From: the human T2T-CHM13v2.0 reference genome, Homo sapiens
Length of the DNA stretch: 64,000 nt
Strand: one strand, 5' to 3'
Assembly: GCF_009914755.1 (NCBI RefSeq)
Contig: NC_060931.1
Shown here piece by piece: positions 21,080 through 43,693 of the stretch. A model generated the notes under the pieces. That model was not told the origin of the DNA and did no database searches. It worked only from the letters and a program-made list of their open reading frames with translations. Both the position numbers and the translations under genes were made by a program. How positions within the stretch are numbered: the first letter of the stretch is position 1; each line of letters starts with the position of its first letter.

Positions 21080-21660
21080 TCTGTTGCCCAGGCTGGAGTA
21101 CAGTGGTGCAAACGTGGCTCACTACAGCCTCAACCTCCTGGATTCGAGCAATCTCCCATCTCAGCCTCCCAGGCAGCTGAGACGACAGGTGCATGCCACC
21201 ACACCTGGCTAATTTTTAAATTCTTTTGTAGAGATGGGGTTTGCTATGTTGCCTAGGCAGGGTCTCCCTCTGTTGCCCAGGCTGGAGTACAATGGTGCAA
21301 ACATGGCTCACTACAACCTTAACCTCCTGGGTTCAAGCAATCCTCCCATCTCAGCCTCCCAGATAGCTGAGACGACAGGTGTATGCCACCACACCTGGCT
21401 AATTTTTAAATTCCTTTGTAGAAATGGGGTTCACTGTGTTGCCTAGGCAGGTCTCAAACTTCTGGCCTCAAGTGATCCTCCTGCCTCAGCCTCCTGAGTA
21501 GCTGGGATTATAGGCACATGCCACCACACCCAGCTAATTTTTGTAGAGACGGGGTCTTACTATGTTGCTCAGGCTGGTCTGAAACTCCTGGGCTCAAGCG
21601 CTTTGGCTGTCCCAGCCTCCCAAAGTGCTGGGACTACAGGCATGAGCCATGCGCTGGGCC
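21080..21660 (-). mobile_element. Multimeric AluJ with an internal 189-bp tandem duplication
   Basis: Units starting at 21080 and 21269 share private changes (gagacgacagg, gcctaggcagg). Confidence 0.85.
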
Positions 21661-22070
21661 CTAAAATGGTGAATTTTATGGTATGTATATTTTACCACCA
21701 CACACACACATAGACACACACACACACACACAGTTACAAGGTAGATAAGCCTCCAAAACATGCTACATGAAAGAAACCAGACATGAAATGGGACACAATG
21801 TGTGATTCTATTTGTATGAAGTGCTCAGAATGGGCAGATCCATAGAGACAGAGCTGACTGGTGGCCACTGGGGCCTGGTAGGAGAGGGGTGGGGAGTGAT
21901 TGCTTAATGGGAACAGGGTTTCCTTTACGGATAGTGAAAATGTTCTGAAATTAAACAGTCATGTCGGTTGCACGACATAGCGAATGTGCCAGATGTTGCT
22001 TAATTATACACTTGAATTTGTTACAATAGCGAATTTCATGTTATATGTATTTTGTCACAGGAAAAAAAAA
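21661..22070. mobile_element. L1M(B) 3' UTR fragments with (CA)n
   Basis: cagaatgggcagatccatagagacaga...tgcttaatgggaacagggtttcc...gaaaatgttctgaaattaa. Confidence 0.75.
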
Positions 22071-22093
22071 GATAAAAAACACTGAGAAACTGA

Positions 22094-22571
<478 letters not shown>

Positions 22572-23056
22572 TGATAGGAAGTGGACCCTGTGGCCAGGTG
22601 TGGCAGCTCATGCCTGGAATCCCAGCACTTTGAGAGGCCGAGGCAGGAGGATCACTTGAGGCCTGGAGTTCAAGACCAGCCTGGGCAACATGGTAAGACC
22701 CCATCTCTACAAAAAATGAAAATTTAGCTGGGGATGGTGGTATATCTGTAGTGGTGGCTACTTGGGAGGCTGAGGCAGGAGGATTGCTTGAGCCCAGGAG
22801 TTGGAGGCTGCAGTGAGCTATGACTGTGCCACTGCACTCTATCATGAATGACAGATGGAGACCCTGACTCCCCACCCTTAAAAAAGGTGGATCTTGTCCT
22901 CAAAGGGACAAAGACTGTACTACTCCTTCCTGTCCTTTCCTTCCTTCTCCTCTGACTGTGCTTATGCCTGTAATCCCAACACTTTAGGAGATTGAGGTGG
23001 AGGATCGATTGAGCCCAGGAGGTGGAGGTTGCAGTTGAGCCGAGATTGTGCCACTA

Positions 23057-23182
<126 letters not shown>

Positions 23183-23218
23183 TCACCTGAGGTCAGGAAT
23201 TTGAGACCAGCATGGTCA

Positions 23219-23512
<294 letters not shown>

Positions 23513-23513
23513 C

Positions 23514-24126
<613 letters not shown>

Positions 24127-24213
24127 TGAGCCTGTGTCCTCCTCCTCATGTTTACCAGGGAGGTATATGTCAGGCACAGTGATTGATCTAACTGATGCTG
24201 GGAACAACAGTAA

Positions 24214-24716
<503 letters not shown>

Positions 24717-26522
24717 TAGAGGTGAGGATCTCCCTGTGTTGCCCAGGCTGGTCTCGAACTCCTGGCCTCAAGCCATCCTCCTGCAGCGGCCTCCCAAAGT
24801 GCTGGGATTACAGGCGTGACCCACCGCGCCCAGCCTCAGCCTGGTTCCTTGCGTGAGTCTTGGTTTCTTGGTCTCCTTTTCCCCGTATGCCAGCTGCCTC
24901 CCTCCATAAGAGAACATCTGTGATGACCTTCGGGGTGCCCACTTAGGCTTTCAAAGGGGCCTGGAATGTAGGGCACAGGGTAAGAGACTCGGACACCAGG
25001 CCTTGGGGAAAAGGAGAAGCGGGCCCATATGCCCTCCTCTCACCCACAGGGAGCTGTGGCTTCGAAAGGGGCTCCTCCCTTGTAAGGCTGCTGCTCCTGT
25101 CGTCATGGAGGAAACCTTGGTTCTGCTTCCCTAGCACCCCAAACTGCAAAGTCACGCTGGCAGGTATTGCACCCAGAGGGCTCATTCCCCATTCATCATA
25201 GTCACTGGTTGGGCAAGTCACCCTCCCTAGAAAGCGCAGCCTTGGGTAAATCCACCAGACATATCCTGATCTTTCACTATTCACAGAGCCAGACTGGAGT
25301 GGCCTTTCGTAATGGCCCTGGCCAGAGCTCCCGGGGGAAGCCTTCCGGATAGGCAGCTTGTCAGCAAGAGTGGGAAACCCTGGGCTGCGCCCTCCCCACA
25401 AACCACCAGCATTGCCCAACTTCCTCTCTTCATGCCCTCTACCACCCTCTCGTTGCCCCAGCTTTCTTTCTTTCATTTTTTTTCTTGAGACACAGTTTCA
25501 CTGTCACCCAGGCTGGAGTGCAGTAGTGTGATCTCGGCTCACTGCTACCTACCTCCACCTCCTGGGTTCAAGCGATTCTCACACCTTAGCCTCCCGAGTG
25601 GCTGGGATTACAGGCACGTGCCACCAACTCTGGCTAATTTTATATTTTTAGTAGAAACAGGGTTTCACCATGTTGGTCAAGCTGGTCTCAAACTCCTGAC
25701 CTCAAGTGTTTCATCTGCCTCAGCCTCCCAAAGTGCTGGGATTACAGGTGTGAGCTACCACACGTGGCTAATTTTTGTATTTTCAGTAGAGATGGGGGTT
25801 TCACCATGTTGGCCAGGCTGGTCTTGAACTCCTGACCCCAGGTGACCTGCCCTCCTCAGTCTCCCAAAGTGCCGGGATTACAGGCATGAGCCACCGCACC
25901 CAGCTGTTTCCCCAGCTTTCTAACAGTGAGGTTAGTTTTGTCTCTTCTCTTTTATTAATATACTGCTACTTATCTCCAATGATCTGAAGACTCAAGGTGG
26001 GTGATGCCTGACTTACAGGAGATCCCCCAGCACGGGAACCATCCCTTATCCAGCTCTGGGTCTCTTGCAGTGTCCAATTTCTAGAAGTGACCTTTCTGTC
26101 AAGTGAATGAGCCAAGCCCCAGCCACATCCCAGCACTAGAAAACCTGATGCCTCTCCCTTGAGCACATCCTTTTTTTTTTCTTCCAAGTTTTTTTGTAGA
26201 GATGGGGTTTCACTATGCTGCCCAGGCTGGTCTCAACCTCCTGGGCTCCAGTGAGCCTCCCACCTTGGCCTCCCACCCAACATCCTTGACATCCCACCTT
26301 TTGTTCTATTTCTGCAGGAATCGCTGTGTGTAGAAAGAAAGCCTTTGGTCAGTGGTTCCCAGACTTGGCTAGGCCGGGATATCATCTGAGAATCCTGTAC
26401 CCCGAGTTTGTACACACACCCCTAGATTCCTTTGCTCCACCCCCAAATTGGACTCATTTGGGCTCGGAAGGGCCCATGGCACTGTTAATTCAGGTGATGT
26501 TACAGAAGAACATTGTATGTCA

Positions 26523-26930
<408 letters not shown>

Positions 26931-27349
26931 TCAGCTCAGACAAGTATACCTTGATGTAAGTAAATTTTTTTCTGGAAAATGTGAATTGCCACTAAGGCCA
27001 AATTAGGAGATTATTATTCATTTCACAGAAGACATTGGCATTCGATACCCTTAAATAGCAATCTCCGTTAGTACATTTAAGAGAGGATTCAGTTTACAGA
27101 AGTGTGATTTATACAAAACCACATCTGTTACATAAAGCTCAGAAAAATAGCTCTCCTCCCATGTCATCTTGCTAACTATAGAACTGGCCCAGTATAGATG
27201 GTCACCTATTTTCTTCTAAAAGATACCACCCCTGCTCTCTGTCATCTATTTCTGTTTCACCGTGATCACGGGTAACAGATTCTTAGGGGCCACCCAGATC
27301 TCTCTCTGGTCTTCCCTAAACTCAGGGAACAACTGCTCTGAATTGTTTT

Positions 27350-30900
<3,551 letters not shown>

Positions 30901-32358
30901 TCAGGGCTGAGAGCTCAGGATTTGAGGAATGCACAGGATGCCTGGAGCTGCACTCAAGGACCAGGCAAGTGGCACTTGGAGAAAGGAACTAAGCCAGCCT
31001 CCGCCTCCTCTTCTCCAGCCCAGTTCTCCCCAGAGCCTCTCCCTTGTCCTCAAACCAACTCTTCTCCTCCTCCTCATTGCCTTTCTGGCTTGTAAAGTGT
31101 TTGAGGCTGGGCACAGTGGCTCACGCTTGTAATCCCAGCACTTTGGGAGGCCGAGGCGGGAGGACTGCTTCAGCCTAGGAGTTTCAGACCAGCCTGGGGA
31201 GTAGTGAGACCCTATGTCTACAAAACATCAGAAAATTAGGGTGTGGTGGCTCATGCCTATAGTCATAGCTACATAGGAGGCTGAGGCAGGAGGATCGCTT
31301 GAGGGCAGGAGGATCACTCGAGCTCTGAAGGTCAACGCTGCAGTGAGCTATGATCGTGCCACTGCACTCCGGCCTGGGAGACAGAGCTGGACCTTGTAAA
31401 AGAAACACACGCACACCTCCAAAGCACAGACCTCGCTGATCTCAGGTCAGAACCAAAGAAAAGAGATGGAGTGAGCGGTGAGGCTGTGGTTACACTCTGG
31501 AGGCCACGGAATCAGGCAGGCAGAGGCGCTGATGGATACTCCCTGCTCTGGACCCAGGGAGTGAGAACAAGCTGGGGAGGATTTGCTAATCAGTTTTCTA
31601 AAGTGGAAAGAGAGGTTGTTGCTAATTCCGGAGGTGGATTTCATCATCGGCTGCACGGCTGTGACGTGACTTCCTCAGAAAGCAAAGCTGCCAGAAACTC
31701 TCCCTTCTACTTCTTCTGTCTTTGGGGTGAAGAAGAGCCCTTCCTTAGGGGAGTGGGGGGAAAAAGAGCTATGAGATTCAGAAGTATAGGGGTGTTGGCC
31801 GTGGGGGAGTCATCCAACAGGCCCCAGGCAGGGTAAGCCCCACCGAAGCCTCCAGGCCTGACAGCCTACTGGTCTCCTGGTGGCCACAACGTCACTGGAA
31901 GCCCCCTTTCTAAAGCACAGCTCCAATCATGTCAGAAACATCCAGGGCTTACGAGGAAACTGCTCCACTCCCTGGCCTGGCACTCAAGGCCTGGAGATCC
32001 GGCCCCCACTTGCCTTTCCAGTCTTAGAATTCATTCCTGTCCTTCCCTTTCCCAAATACGTCCTGTCTAATTTGACCCTCATGCCTTCTCTTCATGCCAC
32101 CTCTCTAACCAAGATTAACTACCCTGCCAAAACCATCTCCATTTATTTAAGTTCCATCATTCATTCAGATAGTTATGATTTTATTCATTCATTGAATTCA
32201 TCCATCAAATCTATATTCATCCCTCTGTGTCTGTACATAGGTGTATTTTTGTTTAATTTTTTTTTTTTTTTTTTGAGATGTCTTGCTCTGTCGCCCAGGC
32301 TGGAGTGCAGTGGTGTGATCTTGGCTCACTGCAGTGCCTCAGCCTGCCTCCTGAGTAG

Positions 32359-32589
<231 letters not shown>

Positions 32590-32967
32590 TAGGTGTATTG
32601 AGCACCCGGTCAAGTGTTGCATTAAGTCAACTCACAGATCACTAAGACTTAGTCCTGGTTTCAGAGTGAGGTCTAGATGGGGAGAAAGTGATGGCATTGT
32701 GTCCACCTTGTGAGAGGAGAGAGATTGGTGGGTATGGACTGTATGGAGGCCTGGGGTGTGGGCATCTATCTGAGGCTTAAGGATTGGTGATGGCTGCCTG
32801 AAGGAAGAACCAACCTAACCAGCTGAGAAGCTGGTGTGGAAAGGGGGCCTGCCAGGGCATTCAGGTAGAGATGACAGCATGACTGAGCCACAGAAGTGAG
32901 CAAGGCCCAGAGTTGGGGACTGGTGAACAGTCACTGTTTCTAGTGAGTAGAAAAGCAGAGATGGGGC

Positions 32968-33492
<525 letters not shown>

Positions 33493-34513
33493 AGGGCCAT
33501 GACCTGGAAGCCTAATTTATAGAGCCATAGGGCAGCCGCCCAAGGAAACTTCCCCTGTACTTACTACCCAGCTTGAAACACATTAGCAAAAAGAATTCTT
33601 GAAAGCTAAAACCTCAAAGCCTAAGTCCTTAAAGAGTAAGTAAGCCAATGGATACATATACTTAGGTGAATGCACAAGGATTTCACCCCAATAGTGGAAA
33701 ATGTTATTAATAGAGGACAGATCACAATGAAATGATACATCGCCCCCTGGTCATCTGGAATTATAGTGATACTAACATTGACTGAATGATACATGTCAAG
33801 GCATTGGTCTAAACACTTTATATGTGGTAATTCATCTGCCCTCACCACAACCCGGTATGGAAGGTAATATGCCTATCCCCACTGTACAAGAGGGAAAGCC
33901 TGGCAAAGGGAGACCTCAGTAGCCCACCCAGGTAAGCACACAGTGGAAACTGGTTTTGAACCCATGAACCCAGAACCCATGGATGGCCTGGACCACTGTG
34001 ATATATTATTTCTAGATCTCCAGCATGGTGAAAACAAAAATTAAAGTCTACAAAACCGTATTATGGTATGGCCCCATTTTGTTTAAATATGTGTGTATTT
34101 GTCTGTGTGTACATGCTTGTGTTTGATTGAATCAAATGAAAATTTGGCTGTTTTTGACTTATATAAAAGGCAATTTCATAAGGTTCAACCTAGTGCATGC
34201 ACACAAACACACACACACACACACACACACAAAGTCTGTAAGAACCTACACTAAATTGTTAACAGTAGTTTTAGATGGTGGAAAAATATTTGATCTTTAT
34301 TTTCTTTATACCTTTTCATATTTTCTGAAAAGTGGCAGAAGTTTAACATTTCTGTGGATTACCTGTTTCCTTACTGCTGGTGCTGATGACCTCAGCTATG
34401 TGGTATTAAAATGTACTCAGTGTGCAGGAGCCCCAGCCCGGCAAACTACAGCATCAGGGTCCAGTGCACTCAAGGCTATCTCTCCTCGGGGACAGAGAAG
34501 CCAAAGTGTGTAC

Positions 34514-35719
34514 TTCAATGAAGCAAGTGCTTAGAACAGCACATGGCATATCAAGGGCACTCTATAAACCTTTTCCAAATAAATGAATGAATGGTCACTT
34601 TCTCCACCCCACTTCCTACACCACTTGGCAGAATCAATCATTCCTACTTAGTTTCTATAGGAGTTTCCTTAAATCTCTATAGAATAAAGAACCCAGTAAC
34701 CTGCCCAGGTAAGTGGTAGAGACAGATTTTGAACCCCAGGACCCAAGGCCTTGACCACTCTGAAATACTGTTCCTAGATCAAAGTGAGGGGCCCTTTGAG
34801 ATTTGACTTCTCTGAGCCTCAGTTTCTCCAGCTTGAACATGAAAATAGGAATCACACTTTTCTGAGAATTGCATGAGACACGGTGCTCTGTCACCTCCAG
34901 CCTTGTTCCAGTTGATGTTACTTGGGTAGGGCTGAGAGGGCCTTGTTTATTGTGGGTAGCATCAAGTCCACACCCAGGGCCATGGCCAGAGAACTGCCCA
35001 TTTGACCTTGCCTCCCTTACTGGAGATTTGTTGGATATAAGAGGCAGCATCTTCCCTCCAACTACTAGAAAATCTGGCAGAAGTGGATGAGTGTTCAGTG
35101 CTCTGTAGACCCTCTGGCTGACGGCTGGATCCACAGTTGAGTAGACCTCAGGATGATGGTCAAGGGGAGCTGGGCACAGGGAAAGGGCCCTGAGGTTTAG
35201 ACTCAGACAACTCTCAGCAATGAGCCATGAGCTAAATCTGGAGTCCAGGATTTCAGCCAGACTGTAAGCCAAGTACACACCATGAACAGGGGTTCCAGAG
35301 TTCCCTGGCAGCCAAGGAAAATCCCCTGCTAGGAATGAATGTGCTCACTCCTCTTTCACAATTCTTATCCAAGCATATTTAGAACAGTGCAGCCATTTCT
35401 GCATCTAACCCCATTTCCTGGATCATTTACCACCTTCCAACAGCCTACAAAATTTTCTCATTTACATTTATTGCTATTATCTATGACTCATCCCCTCAGT
35501 CCCTGCAGGAGCTCAGCTCCACAAGGCAGGAATCTTTGTTTGGTTCAGTGAAGTATCCCAAGTGCTTGGAACAGCACCTGGCATATGGAAGACACTCTAT
35601 AAATCTTTTCTGAATAAATGAATAAATGAAATGTCACCTTCCCCACCCCACTTCCTGTACCATTTGGCAGAATTAGTCATCTTGCCTCTGAATGTCTATA
35701 GAACTTTCCTTAAATCTCT
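34514..35719 (+). repeat. About 165-bp dispersed direct duplication (about 34514-34678 and 35544-35719): L2 3' tail plus flanking sequence
   Basis: Shared caagtgctt-gaacagcac-tggcatat...cactctataaa...ccaccccacttcct...ttggcagaat...tttccttaaatctct, extending beyond the L2 end. Confidence 0.8.
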
Positions 35720-35764
35720 CATATTGTACCAATCACACTATTGTGATTATTAACATTAATCTAA

Positions 35765-36001
<237 letters not shown>

Positions 36002-37213
36002 TGAGCTGGTTTCAAATTCCTGACCTCAAGTGATCCACCTGCCTTGGCCTCCCAAAGGGCCGGGATTGCAGGTATGAGCCACTGCATGCGGCCTGTACCT
36101 CTTTTAAGGAAGAAGCCATCAAAGGATCACTTTCTCTCTTACATTATCTACACCTGGCATGAGGTCTGGGTGGGTCCTCAGTGTCTGCTGACTCAGGGGA
36201 CAATCTTCACATATACAGGGCAAAAAAGACAATAGCCAGGACCCTGGTTGTAACCATTAGAAACATCCCTACCCAGCACTGGGGCTGGTGACATGATCTT
36301 GAGCTAGGGGGAGTAGGGAGGCAGTGATTTTGTAAGACTTCTTCCTAGCCTGAGAAAAATCCAGCAAGAAAAAGTTATTTTAGGTCCCAGAATACGAGGC
36401 TGAACTGAGTCCTCCAAAGAGAGGTTAAGATAGAAAGTTAATGAAATGTTCATTTCAAAAAAACTTTGCCCAACCCACGGTTTGCAACTCCCACACTTAT
36501 CCTGGTACCAGTGAGAGCCATCTCCAGGCCCGGGTAGCAGTAGGCAGCGTAAACCCGTTGGCCAGAATAGCATATCCACGTCTGATTGTCAAGTGGAGGC
36601 AGCCCCGCTTACTGGCTCTACTAGAGACTTGCTGGTTATTTTTAACACAGGCCCTCACACCTGTGCCCACTCCTCCTCTCCATTCCTCTGGCCCCGCTCC
36701 TAACAAACCTACTCAACATTCATTCCCCAGGGTTGTATGTTCAGCCTGTGTGCAGCACCTCTCTCTCAACTGGAATGTCTTCTTTTGTCTTTTAATCATT
36801 CATGCATTCAGCACCCATTGTGCATCCTGTATTTCCTTCAATTGCGGCTCCCCCGCTTTTCTTTTTTTTTTTTTTGAGATGGAGTCTTGCTCTGTCGCCC
36901 AGGCTGCAGTGCAGTGCTGCAATCTTGGCTCACTGCAACCTCCGCCTCCCAGGTTCAGGCGATTCTCGTGCCTCAGCCTCCTGAATAGCTGGGATTACAG
37001 GCGTGAGCCACCACGCCCAGCTAATTTTGTATTTTTAGTAGAGACGGGTTTTCTCCATGTTGGTCAGGATGGTCTCAAACTCCCGACCTCAGGTGATCCT
37101 CCCGCCTCGGCCTCCCAAATTGCTGGAATTATAGGTGTGAGCCACTGCGCCCGGCCTGCTCCCCTTCTTAAAGCACAGCTCTTCCAGGTATCACTGAGGT
37201 GTAAAAAGATTCA

Positions 37214-37507
<294 letters not shown>

Positions 37508-38197
37508 TCATGCCTATAATCTCAGCACTTTGGGAGACCAAGGCGGGCATATCTCTTGAGCTCAGGGATTCAAGACAAGCCTAGGCAACAAGGTGAAACT
37601 CCGTCTCTACAAAACATACAAAAATCAGCCAGGTATGGTGGTGTGCACCTGTAGTCCCAACTACTCGGGAGGCTGAGGTGGGAGAATCACTTGAGCCTGA
37701 GAGGTTTGAGGCTGCAGTGAGCTGTGACTACACCACTGCACTCCAGCATGGAGGATAGACCGAGATCCACCTCAAAAAAAAAAAAAAAAAAAGATTTGTG
37801 TTCTGTATCCTGGAAACTTTGTTAGCCCACAGAGATAGGGAGTGTGCCTACTTTTCAAGCATCGACCAGAGGTAGTTTCTGAACAAATCCTGTGGTTTCA
37901 TGACCTTACCCTTTTAGCGTGCCTGAAATACCCTTATTTTCCTCCTTCCAGGGGATCTTCTTCCCCTCTGTCCCCAGTTTTCTTAATGATACCCTTCCTT
38001 AAGTTGCCGGCTGGTTAACCCCACCTTCTCCAGGCTGACACATGCCCCATCCTTTGTGCATTGCACCACATGTGTTGCAACTACTAACAGGTCTGATTGC
38101 CCCGGCAGACTGAGCTCACCCAGCAGTGATCATTCTGCAAGAAGCAATGCTCCCCTCTTTCCCTGAAGTTTTCAGATTTTATTTGTAGCCTAAATGA

Positions 38198-38407
<210 letters not shown>

Positions 38408-38454
38408 TGAGACCACAGGCTCATGCGACCAAACCCAGATAATTTGTTTTTTAA

Positions 38455-38670
<216 letters not shown>

Positions 38671-39869
38671 TGAGGAGATCAACTAACTTGTCTACGATCT
38701 GAGAGTCGGCAAGTGGTAGCAACGGGACCTTAGCCTCTGTGATTCCAAAGCCCAGGCTCAGCATCTGGAGCAGCCTCAGGATGCAGACGAGCCTCCCTTA
38801 ATCCTCTGTGCACAGGGGACAGGGCTGTGGAGTCTGGCTGGGATCCCACTCACTCAACCATTCCCATTTACAAATATGCCTCCCACCCTGACCCCTCTCT
38901 ACCTGCCCACAGGAACCTCCTCCAAATTAAAGATGCATTAGGACTTTAGGGAATCTAAAGGACACATGGGGAATTTATTTATTTTTTCTTGAATGACCCA
39001 TGGATTAATTTATTTGGGGCTCCGGAGCAGGGGGAATCTTCTCCGATTATGGAAACCTTTGGCTCAGGGGCAGGTGTGAGACTACGTGCCTGTCCTGGGT
39101 TTGAACTGGGACCTCTCTGGGCAAGAAGGGAGACAAAGGTGGAGGGGAAACAGCACTTGGACTTGAGCTTCAAGAAACTCACCCAGCTGCGCGTGTGTTG
39201 TGGGGGAGATTGGAGTAGGGGAAAGACGGCAGGAAATGGGGAAGTGGGAGGGAGAGATAGTGTGATGGGGGCAGAAAAGCACTGTGGGAGGGGCTGTCTT
39301 AAAACCCATGTTTGCATCTGGACTTAGCCCCTGACCAGAAGTGCAACTCGGAGGGGCCTCCGAAGACAGGTGCTCGTAGGACACTAAATCCTGCTTCACA
39401 AGGCCGCTGTGAGGAAGAAAATAATCCAGGTGAGATTGTTCTGTCAATTGCAAATGTCTATTGATGCGTGGTCGCCCTTGGTGCATTTCAAGGAAATCTC
39501 TCTTTCAACTCTGTAAGCCTTTTCGACAGACAAGGACTCAGCCATCCTCAGCCCTGGATCCTTTCATATCTTAACGTCCTCACCCAGGGGCCTACGTAAA
39601 AAGGGGGTATTCAGTATGTGAGTGAATTGAATGGAACCTCATCTTGGTGAGATAAAATCTTAGTGATCAGTGACGATGAAAGATAGTAATCCACAAATGG
39701 TAAACCAAAAATTCTTTTCTCCTAAGCAATTTTTTTTAGAGAAAAGGTCTCACTCTGCCACCCAGGCTGGAGTGCAGTGGTGTTATCATAGCTCACGGCA
39801 GCCCTGACCTTTTGGGCTCAGCCTCCCGAGTAGCTGAGATTACAGGCGCACACCACCATGCCTGGCTAA

Positions 39870-40052
<183 letters not shown>

Positions 40053-40105
40053 TAAAGCAGCGCAAATGGACTATGCAACTGACCGTAGTAAAAAACACAT
40101 TTTAC

Positions 40106-40480
40106 TGTGGTACACATACACCATGGAATACTCTGCAGCCATAAAAAGGAACAAGATTATGTCCTTTGCAGGGACATGGATGGAGCTGGAAGCTGTTATC
40201 CTCAGCAAAATGACACAGGAACAGAAAACGAAACACCGCATGTTCTCACTTATAAGTAGGACCTGAGTGATGAGAACACATGGACACGTGGCAGGGAATA
40301 ATGCACACTGGGGTCTGTCAGAGGGTGGGGAGGGAGAGCATCAGGAGGAATATCTAATGGATGTTGGGCTTAACACGTAGGTGATGGGTTGATCTGTGCA
40401 GCAAACCAGCATGGCACGTGTTTACCTATGTCACAGACCTGCACATGTACCCCTGAACTTAAAAGTTGAAGAAAAAAAAA
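40106..40480 (+). mobile_element. 5'-truncated L1PA-type LINE-1 3' end with 16-bp TSD (aaaaaa[c/t]acattttac), inserted into a MER119-like element
   Basis: ORF2 C-terminus ([28 protein letters not shown]...), 3' UTR and poly(A). TSD at 40090-40105 and 40476-40491. Confidence 0.9.
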
Positions 40481-40551
40481 ATACATTTTACAGGGCCACC
40501 CAGTACTTACTCATGTGCATGCATAAGATACAACCAAAATCAGTTTCATGA

Positions 40552-40833
<282 letters not shown>

Positions 40834-41406
40834 TGACCTTAGTTGATCCTCCCGCCTTGGCCTCTCAAAGTGCTGGGATTACAAGCGTGAGCCACCGCGC
40901 ACCTGGCCTATTTCACTCTTTCATATGCTGGCTGAAACCCACTAAATGGATTTTGTGGCCCAGGGCTGAAAACGCTGCTCTGTTTGCTGGGCAGGTCACC
41001 CATCAGTCCTTGGCATCATTTTGCACAGCGATCTCTCCAGTTGGGCATTTAACTTCTACCACATCCCTCCTCCAACCCAGCAAATACATGTGATACCAGC
41101 AGCAACAACAGGTTGACCAGAAGTCTTTTCCGCTCTGCCATCAATATCATTTACTCAGAACATCTGAAATACCTTCTTTCCACCCCTCTCATCGGCCTGC
41201 TGGGTAAGTCAGGTGTCTCAAATTTGAGGAAGCAGTGAGATTCAGGAAGAAACTCCTGAATTTTAAAAACAGCTATAGGGCTATAGGGAGCAGGGCACAG
41301 TGGCTCACACCTGTAATCCCAGCAATTTGGGAGGCTGAGGTGGGAGAATCGCTTGAGCCCAGGAGTTCTAGACCATACTGGGCAACATATCAAAACCTCG
41401 TCTCTA

Positions 41407-41610
<204 letters not shown>

Positions 41611-41954
41611 TTACGAGGCTCAGAGTCCACATATAGACACTCATCCTTCTTTCCTAAGTCTTCTCCCCTAGGAACCCAGAGGCCAAAGGCCACGACCCCC
41701 AGCTCATCTTTTGAAATTAACTTGTGTCCATTCTAGAATCTAGTCACTAAATCTTTTTCATCACCTTTTATTTATTATATCGCTATAGCGCATACTTTGA
41801 CTGTCAGAGAACTGGATACAAGACCTGGTTCTAACCCCGGTATGGAATATCAGATGTCACTTTTCTGAACTAATTTTCTGTAAAACGTGGCTAATCACTT
41901 CTGCCCTGCCTTCCTCATGGGGTTGCAGTGAGAACAAGTGTGAAAATGCTTTTA

Positions 41955-42137
<183 letters not shown>

Positions 42138-42703
42138 CTAGCTACTCAGGAGGCAGAGGCGAGACAATAGCTTCAGCCCAGGAGTTCGAGGCTAGAGTCA
42201 GCTACAATTGTGCCACTGCACTCCAGGCTAGGTGACAGAGTGAGACACTATCTCTGAAAAAAAAAAAAAAAAAAAAAAAAAGGAAACAAAATGCCTTGTA
42301 TACTGTAAAGCACCACACAAATATAAATTGTTATGTAAACATTATGTTCTTTGGTAATAATTGATAGCGTTGACTCTATTTCCCAAATTACAGTACTGTG
42401 TACTCTGTGTGTTTAGTGAAAGGCACACCCTCCATCATCAACCCCTAAAAGGTATCTGCACTTTATCCCTGAGTGCAGGGTTAAACCAGCTCTCCCTTGG
42501 GCAGATATCTGATGTCATCAAAAATTCATGGGTCGCAGCAGCTGGTAAATCCACTGTCTCCAGTCGTGTGTACCCTCATTCACAAAAATCACCAGGCCTG
42601 GGAGAATTAGCCCCAAGAGCTGTCAACTGAAATACAGCCTGTGCTCAGCTCTGCAGGCCAATCAAAAAAGTAAAGCATGAGAGGGAAATCAAGAGTCACC
42701 TTA

Positions 42704-42960
<257 letters not shown>

Positions 42961-43341
42961 TTAAAAGGATTATTTCCAACCTTCTCTATTATTATGTTCA
43001 TGATACAGATGAGGGTAAGAGGTTACAGAAGAAACTTGCTAAAAATCATGCAGGGACGCAATGTACAGTGGCTCACACCTATAATCCCAGCAGTTTGGGA
43101 GGCTTAGGTGGGTAGATTGCTTGAGCCCAGGAGTTCGACACCAGCCTGGGCAACATGGCAAAACTCCGTCTCTGCAAAAAATACAAAAATTAGCTGGGTG
43201 TAGTGGTGTGCGCCTGTAATCCCAGCTACCCAGGAGGCTGAGGTAGGGAGGATCACTTGAACCTGGAAGGCGGACGTTGCAAATGAGCTGAGAATGCGCC
43301 ACTGCACTCCAGCCTGGGCAACAGAACAAGACCCTGTCTCA

Positions 43342-43693
<352 letters not shown>

